Positions 39,498 to 50,800 of a DNA stretch of 64,000 nucleotides are shown one piece after another. The first letter of the stretch is position 1. Each line of letters begins with the position of its first letter. Origin of the DNA: Gemmatimonadota bacterium. Its GTDB lineage: Bacteria > JBHIER01 > G020348925. Location of the stretch: NCBI GenBank assembly GCA_020348925.1, contig CP070758.1:1320469-1384468 (forward strand). Reading direction: 5' to 3'. A program made the translations under genes and the position numbers. The notes under the pieces were generated by a model. The model saw only the letters and a list, made by a program, of their open reading frames with translations, did no database searches and had not been told where the DNA came from.

Positions 39498-41567
39498 GTG
39501 AATCGCATTCGTTTCCTTATCGTGTTAGCAGGCGTTCTGTGCTGTTCAGGAACGGTGGGAGCCCAGGAGAAAAAACCTTTCACCCCTGAAGATCTCTGGC
39601 GTTTCAAAGGTGTGAGCGAACCTCAGCTCTCGCCGGACGGAAAGTGGGCGACCTTTGTGGTCAGTGTAACGGATAGAGAGGAGAACAAGAAAGATTCGGA
39701 TATTTGGGTTGTGTCATCGCGGGGCGGTGAGCCGAGGCAATTGACCACAAGCCCAAAGGGTGATACCTCTCCGAGATGGTCACCGGATGGAAAGACCATA
39801 GCCTTTGTTTCAGCAAGGGAGGAGGACGATCAGATCTGGCTGCTCCCATTCGAGGGGGGGGAGGCGAAAAAATTGACGGATTTTCCGGGGGGGGTGAGCG
39901 AGATTCATTGGACCCCGGATGGCACGTCCCTCATCTTCGTCGGGCGTGTCTATCATGAATGTGAGGATATCGAATGCACCAGGGAACGGGATGAGGAGAA
40001 GAAAGAGAACAAAGTGAAGGCCATGGTCCATGACCATCTCCTCTATCGCCACTGGTCCACGTACGAGGATGGGAAGGCCGACCATCTGTTCATCATTTCA
40101 GCCGATGGCGGTGCACCGAGGGATCTCACGCCTGATCTGAAATTCGATGCTCTGACCTACTGGTTGGCATCGGCCGGCCGCGAATACGATATCTCACCCG
40201 ACGGACAGTATGTTTATTTTGCCGGAAACCAGGATGAGGATCAGGCGGTTTCCTACAACACGGAAGTGTATCGAATTCATTCAGGCGGTGGCGAGATTGA
40301 GAAGCTGACGCACAATCCTGCGGCCGATAACCAACCCCGTCTGTCACCTGACGGCAAACGGCTTGCTTATCGTGCGACACGACGTCCGGGGTACGAATCG
40401 GACCGGTACGAACTGATGGTTATGGATCTCACCACGAGAGAGACGGAAAGTCTCACGGGGAACGTCGATCTTAGTGTCGGGGCTCTTTTTTGGGCTCCCG
40501 ATGGGAAGGCCATCTATTTCGAGGCGGAGGATAGAGGAGATGCGAACCTGTTTGCCATTTCCGCCGAAGGAGGGGAGGTCCGGACCGTCATCGGTGGTGA
40601 CGGACCGACAGGACGTGGATACCACTTTGATTGTCAGCTCTCTCGGGATGGTTCATTTTTCATTTACAGTTTCAGAGACATGCCACATTTGTACGAAATC
40701 TACCGCTGCGACAGGAATGGCCAAAAAGTGAGCGCGATTACCCGTGTCAATCAGGAGCTTTACGACACCTACCATTTTCCGGATGCTGAAGAGATTTGGT
40801 TCGAGGGCGACGGCGGAACGAAGGTCCATGGATTTCTGGTGAAACCTTTCGATTTTGATGCGGATAAAAAGTATCCCATGATGGTGCGAATTCACGGCGG
40901 CCCCCAACAGATGTTCGGCTACGCATTTCGATATGAGTATGCCATTTTTTCCGGAGCGGGTTATGTCGTTTTCTTCTGCAATCCTCGCGGCTCAACCGGG
41001 TATGGTCAGGAGTTCTGCGATCAGATTCGGGGCGACTGGAGCGGTCGGTGTTTTCGTGACCTCAAGGCTGGGGTTCGGTACGTTCTGGATCGATATCCCT
41101 ATGTCGATGCCAAGAGAGTCGGAGCCTGGGGCGGTTCCTTCGGTGGTTTCATGGTCAACTGGATTGAGGGGCACAATGAAGATAATATGTTCGCCGCCCT
41201 CGTCTCCCACGCCGGCGATGCCGATCAGTGGAGCGCGTACGGATCGACTGAGGAGCTGTGGTTTCCCGAGTGGGATATGTTGGGGACGCCGTGGGACAAT
41301 CCCGGTTTGTACGATGAGCTGTCACCGATTCGGTATGCCAAGAACTTTCGGACACCCATGCTCATTACCCACGGTGAGCTGGACTACCGGGTGCCGATTA
41401 CGGGTGGGGAGCAGATGTTCACTGCCCTCCAGCGCCTGGGCGTGCCGTCGAAGATGATCCGCTTCCCCGACGAAGACCACTGGATCATGAAACCTCAGAA
41501 CAGAGAGTTCTGGTACAGATCAATATTGAACTGGTTCGACCAGTGGCTCAAGGCGGATACGGAATGA
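39498..41567 (+). CDS. Secreted S9 family peptidase (beta-propeller plus alpha/beta hydrolase)
   Basis: Signal peptide, PD40 repeats (WSPDG), IHGGP, GGSFGG, DYRV, DEDH catalytic triad. Confidence 0.92.
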   Translation: MNRIRFLIVLAGVLCCSGTVGAQEKKPFTPEDLWRFKGVSEPQLSPDGKWATFVVSVTDREENKKDSDIWVVSSRGGEPRQLTTSPKGDTSPRWSPDGKTIAFVSAREEDDQIWLLPFEGGEAKKLTDFPGGVSEIHWTPDGTSLIFVGRVYHECEDIECTRERDEEKKENKVKAMVHDHLLYRHWSTYEDGKADHLFIISADGGAPRDLTPDLKFDALTYWLASAGREYDISPDGQYVYFAGNQDEDQAVSYNTEVYRIHSGGGEIEKLTHNPAADNQPRLSPDGKRLAYRATRRPGYESDRYELMVMDLTTRETESLTGNVDLSVGALFWAPDGKAIYFEAEDRGDANLFAISAEGGEVRTVIGGDGPTGRGYHFDCQLSRDGSFFIYSFRDMPHLYEIYRCDRNGQKVSAITRVNQELYDTYHFPDAEEIWFEGDGGTKVHGFLVKPFDFDADKKYPMMVRIHGGPQQMFGYAFRYEYAIFSGAGYVVFFCNPRGSTGYGQEFCDQIRGDWSGRCFRDLKAGVRYVLDRYPYVDAKRVGAWGGSFGGFMVNWIEGHNEDNMFAALVSHAGDADQWSAYGSTEELWFPEWDMLGTPWDNPGLYDELSPIRYAKNFRTPMLITHGELDYRVPITGGEQMFTALQRLGVPSKMIRFPDEDHWIMKPQNREFWYRSILNWFDQWLKADTE

Positions 41568-41594
41568 TACTGGAAAACTCAAGTTGACTCGATC

Positions 41595-41622
41595 AAAGGG
41601 GGGATATTTTTCCTCCCTTTTT
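41595..41622 (+). terminator. Probable intrinsic terminator after the S9 peptidase gene
   Basis: AAAGGGGGGA..TCCTCCCTTT hairpin followed by a T tract. Confidence 0.5.
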
Positions 41623-41751
41623 ATTTCGAAAATACGGGCAATCTATACCTCCCATTGAAAAATAAGTTGCCAGAGTGCACAAAAAGCATAATATTGAGGA
41701 AAGCCAAATTCCTGAAGTAAAAGAATAAAAATCGCTGAAAGGAGGAATGTC

Positions 41752-42234
41752 ATGGAGTTGAAAGTGGTGGCTATCGAAAAGCCTGCGGAGATGAACTTTA
41801 TCCTGGGTATGTCCCATTTTATTAAAACCGTTGAGGACTTACACGAAGTTCTCGTTTCGACCGTTCCGAACATCAAATTTGGCCTGGCCTTCTGCGAGGC
41901 TTCAGGTCCACGCCTGGTGCGGATCAGCGGCAATGATGAGAAACTCATTGATATTGCGAAGAAGAATGCCCTGAACATTGGCGCCGGCCACAGCTTTATT
42001 ATTTTCCTGGAGAATGCTTTTCCGGTGAATGTCCTGCGATTGGTCAGCTCTGTTCCGGAGGTCTGCAAGATCTTTTGCGCGACCGCTAATCCGGTTGAAG
42101 TCATCGTTGCCGAGACCGGGGGCGGCAGGGGGATACTGGGCGTCATCGATGGGAGCAGCCCTCTGGGTGTGGAATCAGAATCGGACGTAGAGGAGAGGAA
42201 ATCCCTCCTGAGAAAATTCGGATATAAGCTCTAA
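41752..42234 (+). CDS. Adenosine-specific kinase family protein (DUF355)
   Basis: NFILGMSHFIKTVED, FCEASG, GAGHSF, FCATANP, GVIDG. Confidence 0.85.
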   Translation: MELKVVAIEKPAEMNFILGMSHFIKTVEDLHEVLVSTVPNIKFGLAFCEASGPRLVRISGNDEKLIDIAKKNALNIGAGHSFIIFLENAFPVNVLRLVSSVPEVCKIFCATANPVEVIVAETGGGRGILGVIDGSSPLGVESESDVEERKSLLRKFGYKL

Positions 42235-42558
42235 TACCAAAAGAATACAATAATAATCGTATTTCTGTATTTTGCTGTATCGCCCTCACTCTTGCCTATG
42301 TACTTTCCTGCATTTTTCAAGGGCTTGCCCGGGCTCAAAAAGCTACCGAGGCCTATTTCAACCCCGGTGGTGAGGTTCAGCAAGCTATTATCGAAAGACT
42401 TGAATCGGCCAGAGCTGATATTGAACCGACCAAGTTCATTTTTCCCAATCGGGAATTGGCCGATGCTCCGATCTCTGCTCATAGAAAGGGCGTAAGGTTC
42501 GGAGCGCTCCCTGAGGGATCGGAGGACGAGCACTGTTATTCCAGAGGGAGATAGTTAT

Positions 42559-42720
42559 GGTGTACAGGTTAGAGTTGATCGCAGCCATCTGTTGTTTCCT
42601 GGCGAGTCTCAGGGTACTATGCGCAATAAATTCGCAATCATCGACAGCACCACCGTTATTGCTGGATCTTACAATTGGACGAATGAGGATCGAACTGTGC
42701 GGAATAATTGTCGATCATCC
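42559..42720 (+). pseudogene. Phospholipase D/nuclease-domain remnant
   Basis: The frame of 42601 reads GVQVRVD..GTMRNKFAIIDSTTVIAGSYNWT (HxKxxxxD..GSxN motif with H replaced by R); no upstream start, in-frame stop at 42493. Confidence 0.6.
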
Positions 42721-42821
42721 CAAGTACGGTACTGGAAATTATTGTCGAGGATCCTGTTCAGATGAGGGAGTTGGCAACGAAAGAGTAATCTATTTACTGC
42801 TGATTTGAAGGAGAGACCGCT

Positions 42822-43241
42822 GTGGGATTTCTGAAGAGAATATTTTCATCCGGAAGCGAACCCAAATCCGGTAAGGTCACAGCAATGTATGATGATAACT
42901 TCGAGGCCGAAGTGCTGAAAAGCGATCTCCCCGTTGTGGTCGATTTCTGGGCCACTTGGTGCAGGCCCTGTCAGGTGATGAGTGGCTTGATGAGTGAGCT
43001 GGCCAAAGAGTACGCGGGACGGGTCAATGTTTATAAGATGAATGTCGATCAGTGCAGAGGGACTGCTCAGGCATTCGGGATTCGCAGCATCCCGACAGTC
43101 ATCTTGTTCAAAAGTGGAGCAGCAGTTGATCGGGTGGTGGGATTGATGCCGAAGGATGAGCTGGCGAAAAAATTTGATGCATTATGCGGTTTGAGGGAAG
43201 GAGTGAAAACATCTTCCTCGAAGACTGAAACAAATATTTAA
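42822..43241 (+). CDS. trxA: Thioredoxin
   Basis: VVVDFWATWCRPC, IRSIPT. Confidence 0.9.
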   Translation: MGFLKRIFSSGSEPKSGKVTAMYDDNFEAEVLKSDLPVVVDFWATWCRPCQVMSGLMSELAKEYAGRVNVYKMNVDQCRGTAQAFGIRSIPTVILFKSGAAVDRVVGLMPKDELAKKFDALCGLREGVKTSSSKTETNI

Positions 43242-43350
43242 CCTGGATTATTCATAAAATGGTCATGATAGAATTTAACATATTTCTTTTATGAGACTCA
43301 TGAAAGTCATGAGCTTTGAACTTCGTGTGTGTATGATTTCCATAGGAGCA

Positions 43351-43409
43351 CTGCATGTCATTCCGGCACGGCGTTTACCTTGTATTCTATTAGGGAGACG
43401 GAATAACAG
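43351..43409. repeat. REP/MITE-like element, copy 2 (inverted, internally deleted)
   Basis: Reverse complement matches 9181-9231 (about 7 differences) joined to GACATGCAG of 9289-9297. Confidence 0.7.
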
Positions 43410-43534
43410 CTTGGATTAAAGCATATTATACATCAGATGTGTCCTCCGGTGATAGTGGAGATATTTTTTCCCCTCCATTTTCAAAGGAGGAGTGGGACGG
43501 ACTGATCAAAGGGATGACAGAACTCAATCACAAC

Positions 43535-43571
43535 AAAAAGCCGCAACCCTAAGGCTGCGGCTTATTTTTTT
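43535..43571. terminator. Bidirectional intrinsic terminator downstream of tRNA-fMet
   Basis: AAAAAGCCGCA..TGCGGCTT hairpin flanked by A and T tracts. Confidence 0.75.
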
Positions 43572-43574
43572 ATT

Positions 43575-43651
43575 TGGTAGCGGGGGGTGGATTCGAACCA
43601 CCGACCTTTGGGTTATGAGCCCAACGAGCTAACAGACTGCTCCACCCCGCG
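43575..43651 (-). tRNA. Initiator tRNA-fMet(CAT)
   Basis: CGCGGGGTGGAGCAG..TTGGGCTCATAACCCAA..TTCGAATCC..CGCTACCA; C1:U72 mismatch, three G:C anticodon-stem pairs, encoded CCA. Confidence 0.95.
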
Positions 43652-43686
43652 TCGAACCTATAAATATAAGAAAAATTCTCTCATTG

Positions 43687-45786
43687 TCAAGATTCTTTTG
43701 GGAACACTCTTTCCCTCTGATTTGATTCCGGGCGCTGGGGAAGGGGGGATTTTGCTTTCGACTGTTTTGATGGAAAGCGTCGGCGCGGGAATCTTCTCCT
43801 CGTAGGCCTGCTCGCAGAAAGTTTCTCCCCTTTTATGATCTTGTCGATTTGGTCACCGTCCAAAATTTCGCGCTGCAGCAGCGCTTGAGAGAGTGTATGA
43901 AGTTTATCGACGTTATTCCTTAAAATGTTTTCAGCTCTTTTTTCCGCACCTTCTACGAGACGTCTCACCTCTTCGTCAATAAGGACGGCGGTCCGCTCGC
44001 TGTAGTCCCTGTGTTTGGCAATCTCCCGGCCTAAAAAGATCTCTTCCTCCTTCTTCCCAAAAGTGATGGGTCCGAGACTTTCGCTCATACCCCAATCGCA
44101 GACCATCTTTCTGGCCAGTTCGGTCGCCTGCTCGATGTCATTGCCGGCACCTGTGGTGAGCTGTTTCAGGACGATTTTCTCCGCGGCACGACCGCCGAGC
44201 ATATGGGCCAAAAGGCCAAGGCAATACTCCCTTGAATGAATGCGGCGCTCGTCAATGGGCAGATAACTGGTCAGACCGAGAGCCCGACCACGGGGGATGA
44301 TGGTCACCTTGTGAACCGGGTCGCTTCCGGGAATCATCTTTGAGACGAGTGCATGACCGGATTCATGATAGGCTATGCTTTTCTTCTCCTCATCGGTGAT
44401 GACGAGGCTCTTCCGCTCCGCCCCCATCATAACCTTGTCCTTGGCCTCTTCAAAATCGATCATGGTCACTTTCGGTCTTTCCCGGCGAGCGGCCAAAAGT
44501 GCGGCTTCATTGACCAGATTCGCCAGATCGGCCCCGGAAAGGCCCGGCGTACCCCGGGCCAGAATGGAGAGTTTAACGTTTTTGGCCAGAGGAATTTTCC
44601 GTGTGTGGACTTTTAGGATGCCCTCCCGTCCTTTGATATCAGGTCGATCGACGACGATCTGACGGTCAAACCGTCCCGGTCGCAGCAGGGCCGGATCGAG
44701 GACGTCGGGCCGGTTCGTAGCGGCCAACAGGATGACGCCTTCGTTCGATTCAAACCCGTCCATCTCCACAAGAAGCTGGTTCAGAGTCTGTTCCCGTTCG
44801 TCATGGCCGCCTCCCAAACCTGCACCCCGGTGTCGCCCTACGGCGTCCAGTTCGTCAATGAAGATAATACACGGGGCGCTTCTTTTCCCCTGCTCGAAAA
44901 GGTCACGCACGCGCGAGGCCCCGACCCCCACGAACATCTCCACGAAATCCGAGCCACTCATGCTGAAGAAAGGTACTTCTGCTTCACCTGCCACTGCTTT
45001 GGCCAGTAATGTTTTTCCTGTTCCCGGGGGGCCCAGCAGAAGAGCGCCCTTGGGAATTTTCCCGCCCAACTTGACGAACTTCTCCGGACCTTTGAGGAAC
45101 TCGATGATCTCTTGCAGCTCCTGCTTGGCCTCGTCAGCTCCTGCAACGTCTTTGAAAGTCACCTTGGGCTTGTCCTCGGTGAGCAATTTCGCCTTGCTTT
45201 TTCCGAAGGTGAAAACTCCTTTCGGCCCTCCCTGCATCTGTCGCAAGAGGAAAATCCAGAAGACGCCGACCAGGAGCCAGGGTAAAACGCCAAAAAGGAT
45301 ACCCATCCAATTGGATGGTTTTGCCTTGAAATTGTACTCGAGTCCTTTCTCGTCCCACTCTTTGATCATATCCGAGTCGATGAAAGGAAGGATGACTTTG
45401 AATTTCTGGAATTCTCTGTTATCCTGAGGTCTGATGATCGGTGAGCGGAGATCCCCCTGGAGCTCGGTATCGATAATGAGAGCCTTGGTCACATTTCCGG
45501 CTTCGAGCTGCTTTTTAAACTCGGTATAGGTAATCATCTCTTCACCGGACCTGGCGCGGGAGAAGAACTGAACACCGGCGATGGACAAAAGTATGAGGAT
45601 GATCCAGAAAGCCAGGGTCCTGGGCGTCCTTCTCCAGAGTGGGCCTCTGCGTTCGGGTTCGGGAGCCTGTCTCCTTTGATTTGAGTCACCGGGATACGGA
45701 TTTCTTGGGGGGCGTCTTCTGCTTCCTTGTTGGTTCTCTTTTTTCTCTTCTTTCTGGTTCAATGTATTGTTACCTCTCTGAGACAA
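43687..45786 (-). CDS. ftsH: ATP-dependent zinc metalloprotease FtsH
   Basis: Two TM helices, [38 protein letters not shown]. Confidence 0.97.
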   Translation of the reverse strand: MSQRGNNTLNQKEEKKENQQGSRRRPPRNPYPGDSNQRRQAPEPERRGPLWRRTPRTLAFWIILILLSIAGVQFFSRARSGEEMITYTEFKKQLEAGNVTKALIIDTELQGDLRSPIIRPQDNREFQKFKVILPFIDSDMIKEWDEKGLEYNFKAKPSNWMGILFGVLPWLLVGVFWIFLLRQMQGGPKGVFTFGKSKAKLLTEDKPKVTFKDVAGADEAKQELQEIIEFLKGPEKFVKLGGKIPKGALLLGPPGTGKTLLAKAVAGEAEVPFFSMSGSDFVEMFVGVGASRVRDLFEQGKRSAPCIIFIDELDAVGRHRGAGLGGGHDEREQTLNQLLVEMDGFESNEGVILLAATNRPDVLDPALLRPGRFDRQIVVDRPDIKGREGILKVHTRKIPLAKNVKLSILARGTPGLSGADLANLVNEAALLAARRERPKVTMIDFEEAKDKVMMGAERKSLVITDEEKKSIAYHESGHALVSKMIPGSDPVHKVTIIPRGRALGLTSYLPIDERRIHSREYCLGLLAHMLGGRAAEKIVLKQLTTGAGNDIEQATELARKMVCDWGMSESLGPITFGKKEEEIFLGREIAKHRDYSERTAVLIDEEVRRLVEGAEKRAENILRNNVDKLHTLSQALLQREILDGDQIDKIIKGEKLSASRPTRRRFPRRRFPSKQSKAKSPLPQRPESNQRERVFPKES

Positions 45787-45795
45787 ATGTCCCGC

Positions 45796-47190
45796 TCAAT
45801 AATGATGGACAAAGTCTACTCTTAAAATGTCACGGCTTCGATCCGTAATTTTAAACTTCTCCGCCGGCCTCCATCCGACGACCCAGGCAATCTCATCGTT
45901 AACAGTCAGGAGCGGAATTTCCTGCCGTTCCAGCCGGGGAATTTTCTCGTCGACGAAGAAGTCCTGCAGTTTTTTCCTTCCTTTCATTCCTAACGGTTGA
46001 AAGGTGTCTCCCGGTCGTTTTGTTCTGACCCGGAGGTCTCCGTTCATAACGGACAGATCAAAGAGACCGGTCCTCTTTCCCACTCCCTTCAAATTCGTCT
46101 GAATCTCATGTGCGGACAAGTGTTCTGTTACCAAAGCACTTTCGATTTCCGGCAGTTCCGTTCTTCCCTGGATGGCAACCTCCCTGTCATAACGAATCTC
46201 TTTACCCCTTCTGAGGAGCAGTCTATCGAGGGTCCGCTCTGCCACCAGTTGTCCGGGCAGATGGATAATCAGGCCTGTTTTCTTCGAATCGAGCGCCTCC
46301 AGGAGCATCTGGATATGTTTGAAATGAACATCCTGAAGATTGGACTTCAACAGAAGAATAACATGGCGTAAAATCCGTCGCCGTAATCCTATATGATACA
46401 TCACGAGCCCTTGAACATCAAGGATTATTTTGTTCGTGCTCGTCTGTTTGACGAGTTTCGGCAGAATCCGTTTCACTTCCTCGGCGAAAAAATCCTCCTC
46501 CTCCTCCGTGAGTTCTGCCAAATGGCCGGCGTGTAGCGTGAAATGTGGGCTGTATTCGTTCCTGACCAAAGGGAGCAGCTCGTTGCGGATCTTATTTCGA
46601 AAATGGCGGATGTCCAGGTTCGAGGCGTCCTGCCGCCAGGGCAGGTTGTGCTCCCTGATGTATTCTTTGATCTCGTCTCGTGTCACCTCAATGAGGGGCC
46701 TCACGATGTATCCATCTCGAACAGAGGGGATGCCTCGAAGACCGGTGGGACCCGTACCCCGCAGCAGCCACATCATAAGTGTTTCGGCCCGGTCGTCGGC
46801 GTTGTGACCTGTGGCGATTTTTGTTGCCCCGACGTCCTGAGCAACCTTTGTGAGAAAGGCGTACCGGACCACCCGGGCCTTTTCTTCGAGGGACCCGCCT
46901 TCTTCTTCGATGAGCCGGGTCACATTGACGGATTCGACGGTGAGAGGGCAGGTCAGTTTGTCAGCGAGATGCGAGACACATTCGCTGTCTTTGTGAGCCT
47001 CTGCACCTCTGATTCCATGGTTGAGGTGCGCTACGTGTAAGTGAAGGTTCAGTAAGCCTTTTAACCGCCAGAGTAGGTGGAGGAGAGCGACGGAATCCGG
47101 TCCACCGGAAACGGCCACAACGACTCTCTCACCCTCTTTGAACATGTGAAGGCGGTCAATGGTTGCTTTCACTTTATCGATGATATCCAA
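45796..47190 (-). CDS. tilS: tRNA(Ile)-lysidine synthetase
   Basis: AVSGGPDS, HLNHGIRG, GHNADDRAET, RPL, RNKIR and a C-terminal TilS domain. Confidence 0.95.
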   Translation of the reverse strand: MDIIDKVKATIDRLHMFKEGERVVVAVSGGPDSVALLHLLWRLKGLLNLHLHVAHLNHGIRGAEAHKDSECVSHLADKLTCPLTVESVNVTRLIEEEGGSLEEKARVVRYAFLTKVAQDVGATKIATGHNADDRAETLMMWLLRGTGPTGLRGIPSVRDGYIVRPLIEVTRDEIKEYIREHNLPWRQDASNLDIRHFRNKIRNELLPLVRNEYSPHFTLHAGHLAELTEEEEDFFAEEVKRILPKLVKQTSTNKIILDVQGLVMYHIGLRRRILRHVILLLKSNLQDVHFKHIQMLLEALDSKKTGLIIHLPGQLVAERTLDRLLLRRGKEIRYDREVAIQGRTELPEIESALVTEHLSAHEIQTNLKGVGKRTGLFDLSVMNGDLRVRTKRPGDTFQPLGMKGRKKLQDFFVDEKIPRLERQEIPLLTVNDEIAWVVGWRPAEKFKITDRSRDILRVDFVHHY

Positions 47191-47317
47191 TGAAAAATCC
47201 TCGAACTGGAGATTCAGAGCTGCCGAATCCTCTCATGAGTCACCGAGTACGCAGAGCATGTGTTTTATATGTCTTTCATTGATTTCTGTGACTCTGTGTC
47301 TCATGAGCTGTTAAAAT

Positions 47318-47351
47318 GAAAACGACCTTTCGTCCTCCGGTCGGAAAGGTC
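47318..47351 (-). terminator. Probable terminator between tRNA-Met and tilS
   Basis: GACCTTTC/GAAAGGTC stem followed by a T run on the minus strand. Confidence 0.45.
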
Positions 47352-47383
47352 TGGCTTCAGTCAAATGAATCACCTGTTGTGAA

Positions 47384-47457
47384 TAGCGGTGGAGGGATTC
47401 GAACCCCCGACACGCGGATTATGATTCCGCTGCTCTAACCAACTGAGCTACACCGCC
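47384..47457 (-). tRNA. tRNA with CAT anticodon, most likely elongator tRNA-Met; CCA not encoded
   Basis: GGCGGTGTAGCTCAGTTGGTTAGAGCAGCGGAATCATAATCCGCGTGTCGGGGGTTCGAATCCCTCCACCGCTA. Confidence 0.93.
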
Positions 47458-47875
47458 GTAACGACTTACAAATATACAGCTTTGACACGCCGTGCCACAT
47501 CTGTGCCCAGATAGACAATAAAAATAACACTATTGTTAAATATTGTCAAGCATTTTCAAGCATTTCTTTGGAGACGGCATTCTATCGGGAGATCATTCGA
47601 AGAATGGTAAGACTTTAGGATATGTACAAGATAAGGGGATAGAAGTCGAATGATGTTAGAAAGATATATGAGGTTTGATCGAATTGATGAATTTCAGCGT
47701 GATGGGCAACAATGAGAAACCCCACTTTGATTTTGTCAAACAAGTGAGTGTTTCAACAGGCTTGCGGGACTACAAACTCCACCCGCCTTTCTGAAATTGG
47801 TAGAATTTTCAATAGGTTTATGGTAAAAGACTCCCAACAGAGACCAAGGTAGTTTCCCCCAAAAGTTATCTTCCC

Positions 47876-50800
47876 CTACTTCAGAAGAACCAGTTTCTTG
47901 GTGGCCGTGAAAGCATTGGCATGAATTCGATAGAAATAGACGCCGCTTGCCACATGGGATGCATCCCATGTGGTCTTATAAAAACCGGCTTCCTGGGTGT
48001 CGTCAACCAGGATATCGATCTCTTGTCCGAGTAAATTACATACGTCTAATTTCACTTTGGCTGCCTCTGGTAAAGCATACTCAATGGAGGTCAGCGGATT
48101 GAATGGATTCGGATAATTTTGAGCCAGGTTATACTCGGTGGGGACGGGGACAATCTTTGCTGTCGCGGTCAGGACCCGTCTCTCATTAACCAAGGCCGAC
48201 ACGTCCAATGTCTTGGGCGACATGTCGGTAAATGTGACCTTCACTTCCGTCACGCTCCCGATTCCAGCAACAGCTACGCGAAGCACATCATCTTCAACAG
48301 CCCATTCGACCAGATCGCCACCGGCGGCACGAACTGCCGTTGGCTCCAAGTCGTCACATTTCAAGATCAAATCAACGGCGTAGGTTTCGGGATCAAAGGT
48401 GAACACTATGGTATTCCCTCTGACTTGATAAGCCAGGTCACCACCCACACTTTTTGGAATGGTTGGCAGCCAGTTCTGGGTCACATCACCGATGATTACC
48501 GTTTCAAACAACTCGTAGAGATGTTCATTCACCAAATCTGAGTAGCATGCACAAGACTGACCATGTTGCTGTCCCAGATCGCCGTTATATTCAAAGATCC
48601 ACTCACCGATATGCTCAGAGGGTAGGAGGGGCGTACCGCTGTTATTGCTGACCACCCACTTCACGATGGTTGAGGCATCAAAAGCAGAGACCGTTCCATC
48701 GCCGGTCACGTCAGCCGCCAGGGAATAGTTGTGACTCAGGGTGATCTGACCGCACAGGGCCCGCAGAATCATGACCGCGTCGAAAGATGTGACAATCTGA
48801 TCTTCGACCGTCAGGTCGTTCTCTCTGGACGGCTCAAGACAGAAAGCACTGCATCCAGGCCAGGCCGCGGATGAAAACCATCCACTTGCATCGGTCACAA
48901 CAGCCGATGAGGCTTCTGCGCCGCATTCCCAAACCGTTGTCACAGACACGCCAGGCACCCACAAGGTATCAGTATCACTGTAGAAGATCCTGCCAGTTAC
49001 GGCGAAATCCCTGACGTGCAGGTACTGGTGATCAACCCAGCAGCTCGTCAGATCACCTTCGTTCACCTTGACATACTCGATACTCAAATCCAGAATAGTG
49101 GAAGTCTCCAGATTATGGGGAACCTTAAAACCCACGTAAGCCATGGCGTACCAAGGACAGACCTCATATTCTCCATAGAAGAAGTTTTCCAGGGTATCGT
49201 TAAAGGCCATGGCGATTTGAATCTTGTCATCGTCCACGCGGCAGGTCATAATCCCGGCCTGCTCGGTGTCCAGTCCTTCGTTGCCTATCTCAAGAAGCTC
49301 AAGCCTGGTATCATAGTCCACTTCAAAGTACAGAGCCCAGATCGGCGGGATTAATGCAGCTTCATAGTCAAAGTGAATGGCAATGGGGAATTCGTACTCA
49401 CCGCATGCATGGACATCCGTGGTATCAAAAGGCAGATCAACATAACCGTGTTCGTAGGGTGCTGATGGATCGCCTGGATCCGGGCCGTCATCCGGAGGTG
49501 GAAGCGCCCAGGCTCCCATAATATCACAATTATCCACGATGAAATGAACCGAGAGGGTATCGAAGAGCGGCTGGTCCGTCTCCCATGTGGAGGAAGCAAT
49601 AAAATCGATCCAAATATCATCGCAGGTCCCCAGTTTGGGTGGATGCCACTCAAAGAGAGCCACCGCATCGCCACAGCCGACCACCGTATCACTGACACCG
49701 GCCACAGCGCCTTGACCTGCAAAGGTGGCCCTGTCCATCCAGGGGCATAGCGAAAAGGTTTCGGCCCAGAGCCGAATGCTGTCACCGCAGGGATGGTGAG
49801 TGTCGATGTCATGATCGCTGGCATGGACAAGGGCGCTGAAATCGTGTGACTCCTGCAGGAAAATGGTGTCGATGGTATCAGGTGCCGTCTCACCGTTCCA
49901 GGTTATCACCGGCGGAGAATTGACCTGAAAGAGTCCATGTGTCACTTCCACGCACGGCCAGCCCTCATTCATTATCGCTTCATTGAGGATAATGGGTGAA
50001 TCATCACCAGGAGCAGCAGAGCCATTCACGTGAAATTGCAGTATGACCAGGCAGCTATCGCACGATACCACACTCGCGGCTTCACCTCCGCTTATCAACC
50101 ACGCTTGTACGATACTCCGGTTTCCGCCCGGATGTTTCCACTTCAGATCCCATCCTGTCGAATCCAGGCATGTGTTCTCAAGGGTAAATGTCGAGTCGAA
50201 CCAAATCACCGTTGTATCAAACTCCAGGCTGAAAAAGAGGGAATTCACATACTCCTCATCGAGACTGTGAAATCTTGAATCTGTCTGACAAATACAAACC
50301 TGGAAGACTGAATCTGGCTTAGCGATTGCCTTTTTTGGACAGATACCCATTGAGAGAAGGGGACAGTTCAACAGAGTGACTGTGAAATCATCTTTTTGGA
50401 CAGTGCCAGGATCGTCGGTGACGATATCCGGAACCTCGTTGCTGGTCACAGTTCCTTGATTCATAACCTCCGTGATACCGGGAGGTAGGGGATCACGAAT
50501 GGTTACGACGAACGTTATGGTCACAGTACCACCGGGCGGCACAAGCCCAATGCTTACACCGACGACCGAGTCTCCAGCTTGGTTACCGTTCGTAACAGTT
50601 CCCTGGGATGTTGAGACGCTACCGGAGACTAAAGACGTGTTCACATCAGGTGCATCGATAAAGGTAACGCCTGTGATCGGAGTCAAACCCGTGTTGGAAA
50701 CTTTAACAAGGTACAGAATGTCATCTCCGGGGCTGAATGGATTGACGCCGTCACGCTCGGCATATAATAAGGCCGACTTCACCGCAGACAGTCTCATAGG

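Noticed and set aside
42231-42533. 100-aa minus-strand ORF
   Set aside because: No recognisable motif or RBS; possibly a gene remnant but unsupported.
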